From contig CM082589.2 in NCBI GenBank assembly GCA_040954595.2, positions 3,920,213 to 3,984,212 on the forward strand: a stretch of DNA of 64,000 nucleotides. Reading direction: 5' to 3'. Below the pieces are notes generated by a model, which was given only the letters and a program-made list of their open reading frames with translations, was not told the origin of the DNA and ran no database searches. This DNA is from Balanoglossus misakiensis (Eukaryota; Animalia; Hemichordata). A program made the translations under genes and the position numbers. Positions 52,706-64,000 of this stretch are shown one piece after another (positions within the stretch are counted from its first letter, which is position 1; the number at the start of each line of letters is the position of its first letter).

Positions 52706-55389
52706 CTATCGAAGATGTACTGAGACATAGAGACGAATTCATGGGCGAAACGACAGACGTCGATAAATAGACGGACAGGCAGGCGGGCGATAAGTGATTA
52801 CAATGAAAAATCTTCGATGTTTATTCACCTTTCTATGGCCCACGAACCTTATCCTAGCCTTATTTCGATAATTTAGTCCTCCGCTCAATTTGTGTCGATT
52901 CTTGTATGATCGTGCTGAATGTGATGACCTAGACAAAGGCCCAGCGTTTATTAATCATGATGGATTTTATGAGAGATAATTACGAGTGCATTCCGCAGCC
53001 CAGTGCAATATATAATAACGGTGTCTGGAGAAATAACCACCTGCAGACTGTAATTCTTGCTATGCTAATATCACCCCGTGTGGAATATGGTTAAACTATA
53101 TGACTTCGTATCTTCTGCAGTTTGCTTTGAGTCTGCATAGAGGATATTATTTGCCTTGCCTTGGAATTCGCATTTCGTCAAATTCAATACCACAGTTTTC
53201 CGTGCAAATACTATATAAAAGCAGTATACGTTGTGTACGGTTAGGGACTCCGCTTAAGTCAGTTTACAGCTTTAAAGGCCAAATGTTAGCCAGGGTATTA
53301 GAACAACCCGACCTGTATCTAGATGGCCTACATTAATTAAAGACAGTTAATTAATATAATCTATGGTTGAGCTGACTTGAAAATACCAAACGCAGATAAG
53401 CACATCGAACCATGATAAAGACTATGTCGCTTGGGAAGAAAATATGCATTTTGTTCACTATCAGTGAAATGTGCCTGGATATGAATCTACTCCTTGAAGT
53501 CATTTTATCACAATATCTTTCTGTATTCAGTGCTACGTATACACGTAATCTGCACGGCGGAAATTTTCACTGACATCTTTGAGTTTCTTTATTGAAAATT
53601 AACGGATATTGTGGAATTAAAATAAGCATTAGTAAGCTTATTATAACAGGCCAATGATTTCAGAGACATTTTAAATTCAATGACAATTTCATTACTAAGA
53701 TCCACCAAGGACGTTACAATTAAATGTAGAAGGGTTATTACTCTCCTTAACGTTTTCGATAGAAAATAAAGACACCGATTGCGTCGTTAAATTTGCCGAG
53801 GAAAAACTACCACCGTGTAGTAACTGTTTTAACTTAATCGTTGGTTAATGTCCAAATGGCAGAAGTTCTGCGATAAAAAAGATAAGCTTATAACACGGTG
53901 TATAACGTCGTTAATACATATTAACAGCGTCATGGATTTGGCGATATAAATTAGGATTTATTGTACGGAGTATGTAGTTTCCTCGTTTAAATAGAACTCG
54001 AGTATATTTCTTTTGCGATTTTGGCATCGAAATATTTTCACGTGGAATATGGCGTTTAAGACTGTACAGGGCTATAGTCAAATGTGATATTTTGACCTAT
54101 GAACTTTGGTATGTGGATGGGTATGATTTCAATTATCTCACAAGGGATACAGCGAGATCTCTCCTATATATCAAGGTCATCGTGCTATCAAATCGAATAA
54201 CTTCCCTAAAAAGTTCATCTTTGTTTAATACCAAGATGACTTTCTCCAGTGAATATATACATGCTTCGCCGATAAAATATCTAAATTGCATCAATAACTA
54301 CAACCGGATATTGCGGGATGATACATCACGACGAATTACCTTACTGGTTGCTCATTGGAAAATGTCAACCATGCGTTGTTTAAGCTGCTATAGAGTAGCC
54401 CTGGATAGAGGTTGAAATGACATTCCTGGTTGTTTGGAGATGGGTAGGTCCAAACGCATGTACAAATATTAACAGACATAATTCATGTTTTTCATTGCAC
54501 ATTCAGTGCAGTAATGTTACGCTCTGAATAATATAAAGAATTATAATTACTGCCGGCAGTGGTGATGCAATTTGTAGATTTGAAAATGCTCTATTTATAA
54601 ATTATATTGGCATGTCACCATATTTTACTCATTAAATTTGCAAGCAAAGAATATTAATGGTATTTATTAATCATTTTCGTCCCTCCCTCGTCTACAAGTA
54701 GTTTTTTCCAACTATGTATTAAAGGTAACGCGGCCTGTGTAGCTTTCGCTTTCGGCTTAGCTATCGAACAACGGCTATCACCATCGCGAAATATCTTTCA
54801 ATTTTCATTTCCACAAAGGCCACATATTTTGTGTAATTGCTACATTGATGTTATCAGTTTTACATATACATAGACAGAAAACAGTCATTTACGTCCTCCG
54901 AAATAATACGCATGCGCGAGAAGTACACTCTATTTCACCTCACCACGAGACACTGACGTTGAGTCGTTACGCTTTATTTGAGCCGTTTCTTGCTACTTTC
55001 ACCCTTAAACTCACTGCTGACAGATCGCTTCTTTCCGATGGATTGTCTTTGAGTGTAGACGTCACCGAGTGATGAACGTCCACGCTGAATGCCTGGGACA
55101 CCAGTTAGAGGTCATTTGCATACAGCTCATCAATAAGGCTAAGAAGTAATATCACCGAATTAGCGCGAGATAGACAGAGGGGAATAGCCGATCGTGGATG
55201 AGTAATCAATTCATTTACACGCGAAGCGGAAAGCCCGCCGCGGGAGTAGCGACACCGGACCCGGCCCCCCGTTTGCTGATTATTTCCGCGATTTCATTTC
55301 TACGTGCAGAAGGGCTCCGGAGCGATCGACGACGACGACGCGTTTCTCCGTCGCCTGTGTTTGAATCGAACGTCCTCGCACTAAAACCC

Positions 55390-55398
55390 AGCCAATGA
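55390..55398 (+). promoter_or_regulatory. Candidate CCAAT (NF-Y) box in CpG-rich region upstream of paralogue 2
   Basis: AGCCAATGA lies ~120 bp upstream of ATG 55514, at the end of a CpG-rich stretch (~55200-55400). Confidence 0.3.
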
Positions 55399-55513
55399 AT
55401 CATATCTAGACAATCGGCTTAGCGGATCAGCCCAGTTAGTATCGTCTTAAACTCCAATTCCCACGTGTCGTGTCTTCGCTTGTCCACGACGACTGCCAGA
55501 ACCGTGGTGGAAA

Positions 55514-55688
55514 ATGTACTCCAGCTCGAAACACTCCAAAGTTGAGAAGTTGTTTCTCTCGTCGGCCGAGCGAGGAGACATCAAAGCTATACAGTTCGCC
55601 TTGGAAAATGGGCGTGGATTCAATGTGAACTGTAAAAACGCAGACGGACTCACCGCTCTGGTGATAGCCATAAGGAACGGACACATAG
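55514..55688 (+). CDS. TRPC paralogue 2, first ankyrin exon
   Basis: MYSSSKHSKVEKLFLSSAERGD..FNVNCKNADGLTALVIAIRNGHI G|GTGAGT; homologous to paralogue 1 exon 2. Confidence 0.88.
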
Positions 55689-58600
55689 GTGAGTTCCCAC
55701 ATTTTCTTGATATTATAATCCTTTCAATATCAACTTGTCGTTATCTCTCGAATTCTGTTTAATTTTTCCAATTTTTTCCCTCAAATTGTCATCAAAACCT
55801 GAAGACAATATAAAATGATGTCCCACTAGTCTAAAAAAGTATTGGAAAAATTATGAAAAATGTATACAGTACAGCTTTCACATACAGTACACATACAGGG
55901 AAACCAGGGAAATAGTTACTATCTAAAAAGCCCAGACAGAAATATCAAATGCTATCGCGAATGCAGATTACGTATTACAAAATTGCATCAACTTTTATGG
56001 AAAGTAATGGGTAATTTGGATAGCTTGATTACATCAATCACTATACCAATCATGCCCTTGACAGCCCACGCTGATCTCAGATAAAAGACATCACCTTATA
56101 TTCATTCTATACTAAGCACACTAAGATAACGGTGACGTTTTCATTATCACTACACCGCGTAATCAAATCTCCATGAGCAGGTAATATTACATCAAAATTT
56201 TACCACTCTGGGTAAAACTGACACTAGAAATATGTGATATTTACTTTCTATACGAGAGCCATGTTTCAGGCGGTTATTTTCTCTTGCAGTTAGTGGAACA
56301 AAGAGAGGTAACATCTCAACCTTTCTCGAAGAATGTAAATCATACTGAACATTGTGTTATAAAGACGACACATATTATTTACTGGAAAACGTATGCAGGG
56401 GTGTATTGAAATAGGGGTGATTAATTCTTAGTGACTGTGAAATATGATTTTAATTGACGAAAATATAATTGAAACAGGCACAAAACGACCCTCTTCGATA
56501 CTGATTGCCTTCACATAACCGCAATGTATAGATGAGATAAGGCTGTTTATTATCGAGCCACAGAAGACAATAAACAACAAACGCAGGGCACCTTTTTGCT
56601 GCCGTTCACTCATCTTTCATATCAATCCCAAAGCTCCCAGTTCCAGTGACATTTTAATGAGAAAGTCTAACATGGTGCTCATCAAAGCCTTATAAGGTGG
56701 TGTGTTTTGAGTGAAATATGGATTGTGACATTACTCAATTACAAAAGTGATCACTCCCTGTACCAGTTAGAGTGAGATTTACCGCGTGCGCACACCTGTT
56801 AATGAGGTGACAGGGTCCCTGTAGAACAATTGGGGTCATCAATGGCAGGAATCGGCTGCTAAAAATGTCACCTAAATGAATATATTGGGCTGCAAATTTT
56901 CCTGACCCTTATTTTGTTTGTTTGTTTGTTTGTTTGTTTGTTTGTTTGTTCTACTCAGTATAAAACATACAAAAATCGCACAATATTTGGAGTAGAACAA
57001 GAAACAAGAGAATAGATACATGGGAGGAAAAATACTGAAAAAATAACAAAAAGTTAGAGTTACTGGGGCTGTAATCAAGGCCCATGCTCTAGATACAGTA
57101 TGCTGCAGCTGATGGGCATCGGGGTGTGTCATCCAACAAAGACACCAAACTCAATTTTCCGGTAGTTAACAGGACTGATTACCATCACAGTCAAGTAACG
57201 CTATTATCTCTATCTTGTTTCGAAGCGGAAACCGGCGTTAATTTTATCAATCAGTCTGTCACATTTATAATTAATTGCTTGCTGGAACAATACTACAGGC
57301 TGGTTTGCTTTAATAAGGGGCATGCACATTCCTGTGTTTAGCATGTATTGTACATGACACGTGTACTGCATGGGAGATCAGAGGGGCAAATAAACGCAAT
57401 CTTCATCGAAAGGCTGCATCAGATATCTCCCTTATCAGATATTACCAAGTTACTTTTGATTAGGAATTACTCTCCCCCAGAAAGGGCTGTGGTTCAAGTC
57501 ATGAGTACGGCAGACAGACTTGGATAATTCGATAATCGGATCAGACAGCTCTATAGCGGCTAGGTCATTTCTCTGTCACCCCGAGTAATGAAGTGTCTAG
57601 GTTGGCTGATTGGTTATTACTGTGAAATCATAAGAGAATAATTTGACGTGTGACAATATTCCACCCGCAGGACACACATGGAGGCGTCTTGAAGGTAGAC
57701 GTGGGCAAAGTCGAGATTTCAAGGGAATTTGCATCTCTGCACCTGGTCCGATGGGTCAGACCTGCACCAGGTGTGACCCAGCAGACTGCTGCAGGTCTGC
57801 GTCCATATCAGTGCACATGACCTGTTGGTCAGACATGCACCTGGCACGCACCAGGCTTGTCGCAGACCCGGTGAACTTTAGTTGTGTACGAATTAACTGA
57901 AAGAATACGTCAATTGAACTTCAGACTTCCAAAGGAATTGATGTTGATAGTTATTCTGTTGGACATTATCGCTTTGGTGGTGACGATAATCGATTTAAAC
58001 ACACAAGGTTAGTTAGAAAGATCGCCATTAAGTTGCCTATTATTGCCTATAATTAACGGATTTTTATATATTAAAGGCATGGGATAGTAATATTATATTG
58101 ACCACGAAAAGAGCTCTGGCAGTCAATTATCGTGATTGGCCAATTTTAGTTAATAGCAACAGTGAATGGAAACTCTGCGAGACGGAAAACGCCGTCGACG
58201 GTCGCCACTTTTGTTCGCCATTATAATGAGTGCGATTGCATGGACTGGTGATTTTGTTGTACGCGGTGGTGCCACGATTTCCCAGGTGCGTGTAAATATC
58301 ACCTATCTATAACCTGTCTTCAACATTTTTATTAAATCTGAATGTCGTGTTTAGTGTGATTTCCACCGCTGATTGACGTTATGGAGATTGACTTTCGATC
58401 CAGAGACACGATGGGACTGATTTCTAGGAATATTGTCTCCGATTTATATCACATTTATGCTTTTGGCTATGATCCACTAAAACAGTGAAAATTCAAGTTG
58501 TCTTGGGCGCCAAGAGAATGTACACTAAAATATATATTACGTCTTCATTCACAACGAATATACACATGTTAACTTTGAACTGTTTGCTTGCGAGGCTTTT

Positions 58601-61600
58601 ACAGTAAAAACCTAACCTCTCTTCGTTATAACTTATGCAAGTTTTCATTTCAGAGACCTGCAATTATCTCCCCATTTTGCTGAAATGGCCTAGTCTGGTC
58701 TTCAACTTAGTACGTAATGAGGATGTGATCAATAAATATTTGTCTCTCATTATTTGTGGATGTGAATGAAAGTTAAAGAGGGGTCACATCTGGTGCGTGT
58801 GATTGCCATGTCAGTCACGAACAACGCACATTAAAAGGTTACTGCTCCAATGCTAGGTTACCAAGGGACTGTTTGGAAACTGTACATTTCTTCATCTTGT
58901 TAAAATTGTACAGTTTTCATCTGAATGACCTTGGCCGCGCACAAGCATTAAAGTGATCAATATTTAACCATTCCCTCCATCAAACTGTGCGAAGTTAAAA
59001 GCATTTCTATTGACACATCAAAGGGAAGACGAAATGATACTTGCATAAGTGACGTTAAGTGGTATCTTACCGTTCTCATGTGATGAAAGTAGATTTTTTG
59101 CTTGAAGATTGGTGTCCATTTAAAGTCAGTAACTTCTTTTGTCGTCTGGATCACCTTCATCAAACGCGACAAATCGCAATACATTTCTTAAGCTTGTATT
59201 ATTCTTTATTCTGTAAAACAAAACACGGTTGGATATAAGTAATATAAGAATATTATGTGAATTTCACGTGCGGTCAAGACGGGTTGTAGTCACCTATCAA
59301 TCTAATATAGGTTTCAATACTACTGTGGGGCATCTGTAGCGAGATATTACAAGATATGTTCCCCTTGAGAATTTCTCAATATTAAATCGATAAATTTCAA
59401 TTTGGGGCGACTTTCAAGAGAGTCTATACATCCCACTAATTTATTCCGAGGGCAAAGACCTCGTCCCATTGCGGTGAAGTAGTAATGAAGCTTCGGAAGT
59501 GGATAATTTGATGTATCATCATGGTAATTGCCTTCTAATTATAAGAAAATTCCCACACAGGAGGTGTGTTAACATTCCGATGAAGCGCCGTTTACAAGAC
59601 ATTATGGTCAACAATTTGTACAGTGTGACCATTGAACAAATTTCACATTTCTGTGCAATCCAACCGCTAAAAAAACCTTCCTTTATTGCAATTTCTTGCA
59701 GATGTTATTCGGCTACTACTGGAATATGGCGTTGAACTGGGGGATTCCCTTCTGTACGCAGTGGACTCTCAATTCACTGCAGCCGTTCAATTACTCTGCG
59801 ATCACATAAGAAAGTTTAACCTTACCGTAAGTACTATAGGGATAACTATAACGTTTATGTAAGCGTGTGATATACATTATTCGGTACCCATCTCATTTAA
59901 TTTTTAGTCCGTCCCTGTTACAATCAAAGTCAATAAAACCGACGCCATGCAACAGATATTACCCATACTGACTGCATGTGATGGATGGGCGTATTCAGAT
60001 GGTGCAAACCCATTTTTTTCCTGGACACTATAAATTAATTAGAATTGAAGTATAGTTTATAGCCTTGGGCATTGTAAATGAAAGCCCAGAAATGCAAATG
60101 TTTCATAGCGAGTTCGTCATCTTTGTTTTATCGTTTCATCAGCAGCAGAGAGCCAGGAACGAACTGCGCATGTTGAACGGAAATTATATATCCTCAGCGT
60201 TCCTCAAAGTTCAATGAACACGAAGTATTGATTGAGAGCATAGCAGTTTAGTTTCAAAAGACGTAAACGTAATATACTGTGTTAGGATAGGAGATGGGAC
60301 AAGGGCTGTATGCAACGCGATGAATGGGAGGGATAATGCTGCGCCGGGTCATTAACGCTTAATTATATGTGTGTTCTTGATTTCTAGTAATTGGCTATAA
60401 ATCTCCACGGTGTTATTGCCTGATACATTGTATGAGATAGAGTTTCATGTGATTCTCGTGTGATTTAGCGCCGTTCATGTAATTGCACCGGATACCATTA
60501 CATGCCATAAACAGTAGCTAAATACATTAATCATTGATCTGTGTAATTATTATGAGAACGTGAAAAATATATCTCATCAAAATATAAGCATGACATCAGA
60601 ACATTTACCTATGCTATTGATTTCAGTGAATTTCCGCAATACATGTACGTGACTTAGCAAGTTAAAACATTATTTACGGGAAAAATATTTGTGATTTGCT
60701 GTTTGTTTCAGGAGCACTTGTACTGTCGATCCCTGAATGGCGATCTGCACCCAGATATAACACCGGTGATACTCGCTGCGCACCACAACAACTATGACAT
60801 CATCAAAATACTTCTTGACCAGGGCGTGGCCATCGAGGACCCCGACTACTATTGTTTCCACACGGAGGACTTCACCCTGCAGAAGTCGATCGGTCTGATC
60901 AACGTCTACCGGGCGCTGGCCAGCCAGGCGTTCATCTCGCTGACCAGCGACGACCCCATCAACACGGCCTTCGAGCTGAGCTTCCGCCTGCAGCAGCTGA
61001 GCGAGAGCGACTACGAGTTCCGCTACACCTACGAGGCGCTGGCCAACCAGTGCGAGCAGTTCGCCGCCGACCTGCTGGCCCACATCCGCGACTCGACGGA
61101 GCAGGAGGTGGTGCTGAACCATGACCCCGAAGAGTGGGCCATGCTGGGGGACAAGTACGTCGGGCAGCCGAGCAAAGTGAGGAAGGCCATCAAATGCAAA
61201 CAAGAAAAGGTAGATGAATAATGAAGCTCTTTCACCACCACACTGAGTGGTTCAGTCCAAACCCATTGTTTTCAATGGTAAGGTTGGACCTCTAAAGAGG
61301 GACATGGGGGTGAAAGGATCAAGGCACTCATGCCAAAATTTCCTCTTCAATCTCAACAATCATACTAAATGATGTATTGTTGTTTTTATTTTCTCTGTCA
61401 GTTCGTAGCCCACCCCCATTGCCAGCAGCATCTGATCGAGCGATGGTACCACGGTCTTCCCGGATGGAGAAAGGAAAGCACCTGGAAGAGTGCCATCCTG
61501 ACCCTGGTCATCGGCATCTCCTTCCCGCTCCTGAACTTCGTCTACATCGTGTCTCCCCACTCCAAGTTTTCCCGGCTCCTAAAAATCCCCTACGTCAAGT

Positions 61601-64000
61601 TCGTCTGCTACACCACCTCCAACTTGGCCTTCCTGGTGTTCCTGGCGCTGCAGGCCATGGAGTTCGGGAGGACGGAGGTGCAGTTCCCCAGTTCGGACAG
61701 CTCCTGCCGCAGTGCGAGTAACGCCAGCTTTGGCAACGTTTCCTTCTCGGAGTGGCTTGTGGTCATCTGGGTTCTAGGTAAGACCCCCACTGGAACAATA
61801 TCACATCTGTTCTATTTGATAAGAAATGCGTGTCAATCCCCGTGTCACGGAGCTGTCAGGCAGATCTCCATGTATGACACAGTCAGGTTGTGTCCACCAT
61901 TAACGTTGAAAGTGGTGGCATTATCCTTAGTCTATACTCAGCAGCGCTTCATTCATCAACACCGGATCAAAGTGAATATACCTATATCTTGATGGTAATT
62001 AACTTAAACTGATGAATTGCATTATATGCTAAATTGACATGATTAACTGACTTATATCAAAGTTATGAATCGGCATTTTTTAAAATTAAAGTAATGAATT
62101 TGGCTCAGATTACCTCATACATATTTCAACACATTCCCTGCCGTCAATTAATTAGTTTCACTCCCAACGGACACAACACGTGCAAAGAATCAACTAGTGT
62201 GTTCTCTCTGTGAAACAAAACCCCATCCAGCTATAAGCGATAAAAAAATGGCTTCACTACCAAATTTGGTGCTAATCATTAGCATACAAAGTCCCATTGT
62301 GACGCATGGCACGCGCGACAGGTGTGACCGAGTAGATTTTCTCGGCGCAAGGGAATGTCTTCAAGTAATTGGCTCCAATGCTAAGTCAAGGGTACAACGT
62401 GTTAATGGCGGCAATGGGCCTTTTTGAGACGCCTGATCCTCAAGGTGACAATTCCCCTATACATATTCCAAGCTCTTTCCTCAATGTGTCCGCTGGGATG
62501 GCAATGCCTTCAACAACCAGCGGATAAATATGGCGTTTTTGCTGTCATCATAAAAACCATCGTTGTCTATTAGGTCTGTCGATTAATCCAAACTGATTCA
62601 TGAATATGACAATGCAATGCTAATTATGCGTCATTATGGGGTAACATAAATAAACAAAACTCACATTTACTTTTAGTCATTTCCCGTGAATTTCTATTAC
62701 ATAATACTTCACTTTAGTTCTATAGAAAGTGATGCAAGTACGCTTGATGTCACACTAATATGGTTATAATAAGATGAGGACAGCTGCTGATAACAATGGC
62801 AGTCCTGAATAACTCGCTGTCATTCAACAGGTTTCACGGTGTCTGAATGTCAAGACATTTGGCACAAAGGCCCGAAGACAGTGCAGGAGAACTGGTCCAT
62901 CAAACTGTTCGACTTCATCACCATGGCGCTATACTGGATATGGATTTTGCTGCGATTCTTCGTGTGTCTCGAGGTAACGTTCAATTCAAACCCATACGAT
63001 TCCGCCCCATAAAGTGGCGCAATCTTAGGCTCCAATTGGTTTTAATAGAACACGCTGCGAAGTAATCGAAATGGATTATGTGCGGTAACATGTTCGCTGT
63101 AGACACAATTCAGGCGAAATGTTTACTGCATATATATTTTCATCAAATACCAATCTGATGTCAGTACCACACACCAAGAATCTGAATTCACCGGTACCAT
63201 AGAGCCGACGTCTTATCCTAGAGAGTGGGATTTACTTAAAGGAGCACAACATATGGCTCTAAAGTAATTTGATGTTGAATACTGTTCAATGAAAATGAAA
63301 GGTATGCCAATGGGTGGTGTTTTACTCTGTTGTCATTTATCAATTTGATATTTCCAGCACCGCCATTTTCCTCAAGCAGACGACAATACCACGGACGTCG
63401 AGGAACCGGTGGTTGACATGGTGAACTTGAACGCGACGCTGGTCGTGCAGCAAATAGTGACGGACGGTTTCGAGTCCATCGGCGAGAGACTGTCGACCCT
63501 GAAGGACCAGGTGATGGAAGTGTCGCTGGAGCAGAAATATCTGAGCGAAGTGATCGAAGACAGAATGTCCAACATGTCCTATTTGCTCCAAACGCTTCCG
63601 GGCGTGGGTCACAGGATTGTCAAGCGGGCGGCCAGAGCGGGGGCCAGGCGCCGCGTCTCCGGCGGGACGACAGAAGGAGGCACGGGCTCCTCCACGTTTC
63701 GCTCGGCCCGTTATGACTGGGACACGTTCGACCCGGCGCTGGTGGCCGAGAGTCTGTTCGCCGTGGCGAAGGTCCTCAGCTTCCTTCGCCTGATCAGGAC
63801 AACGGTGGTGAACGTGCAGGTGGGTCCCATGCAGATCTCGCTCGGTCGGATGGCCTATGACATCATCAGGTTCATGTGCATCTTCTGCCTGGTGTGGTTT
63901 GCGTTCTCCGTGGGTTTGAATCAGCTGTACTGGTTCTACGCCTATGAACTTTCCGAGGAATGCAAAAAGATCAACGTGGAAAATGAAATGCGAAATGATT
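55514..64000 (+). CDS. TRPC: TRPC-family cation channel, paralogue 2 (3' truncated by window edge)
   Basis: join(55514-55688,59702-59826,60712-61209,61402-61777,62831-62973,63358->64000). Intron positions and phases are the same as paralogue 1. The start ATG is tentative: there is an in-frame stop at 55448, but a phase-1 acceptor at 55499 is also possible. Confidence 0.92.
56913..56950. repeat. (TTTG)n microsatellite, ~9 units
   Basis: tttgtttgtttg... Confidence 0.95.
59702..59826 (+). CDS. TRPC paralogue 2, second ankyrin exon (not in ORF track)
   Basis: tttcttgcag|AT VIRLLLEYGVELGDSLLYAVDSQFTAAVQLLCDHIRKFNLT|GTAAGT; 125 nt. Confidence 0.93.
60712..61209 (+). CDS. TRPC paralogue 2, last ankyrin repeat + linker exon
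   Basis: gtttcag|[34 protein letters not shown]|GTAGAT; 498 nt. Confidence 0.95.
61402..61777 (+). CDS. TRPC paralogue 2, pre-S1/S1/S2 exon
   Basis: ctctgtcag|[37 protein letters not shown]|GTAAGA. Confidence 0.95.
62831..62973 (+). CDS. TRPC paralogue 2, S2-S3 exon (not in ORF track)
   Basis: tcaacag|GFTVSECQDIWHKGPKTVQENWSIKLFDFITMALYWIWILLRFFVCLE|GTAACG; 143 nt. Confidence 0.92.
63358..64000 (+). CDS. TRPC paralogue 2, S3-S4 loop/S4/S5 exon (open to window end; not in ORF track)
   Basis: tttccag|[68 protein letters not shown].. Confidence 0.93.

Noticed and set aside
55493-55513. Phase-1 acceptor that could splice paralogue 1 exon 1 onto paralogue 2 (shared first exon)
   Set aside because: Phase-compatible, but the pyrimidine tract is weak, a good ATG context follows, and nothing supports read-through.
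36943-57074. TTAAAGCCCCAGTAGCTG.. at 36943 and an inverted similar sequence ending at 57074 (22/28 nt) as ends of one 20-kb element
   Set aside because: They would bracket parts of two intact genes. More likely they are independent terminal fragments of a TTAA-type MITE family, or a chance match.

Overview
Eukaryotic (metazoan, probably marine invertebrate; species not determinable) genomic DNA with spliceosomal introns. Bases 1-~6930 are the end of a very homogeneous 88-bp AT-rich satellite array (~79 monomers, running off the left edge). About 11 kb of non-coding, repeat-relic-rich DNA follows, then two head-to-tail + strand paralogues of the canonical transient receptor potential (TRPC) cation channel family. 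Gene 1 is complete: 11 coding exons at 18300-51334, about 1165 aa, including a 20.6-kb intron. Gene 2 starts at about 55514 and runs off the right edge in its S4-S5 exon. All exon models were built by hand from GT/AG signals, phase continuity and recalled TRPC motifs. Both paralogues are atypical TRPCs. They lack the His/Cys zinc-binding motif after the ankyrin repeats, carry Lys at a conserved Asn of the S2-S3 Ca2+ site and at a conserved S4 Asn, and have a 117-131 aa S3-S4 extracellular insert with N-glycosylation sequons, a coiled-coil-like segment and polybasic (furin-type) sites. Gene 1 also has a divergent TRP box. Non-coding oddities include two candidate recursive splice sites in the long intron, a candidate 10-nt microexon, a 143-bp hairpin element, an element with long imperfect inverted ends and a 3x64-bp tandem carrying NF-Y/Sox-like motifs. 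Comparisons to vertebrate TRPCs are from memory; no database search was run.
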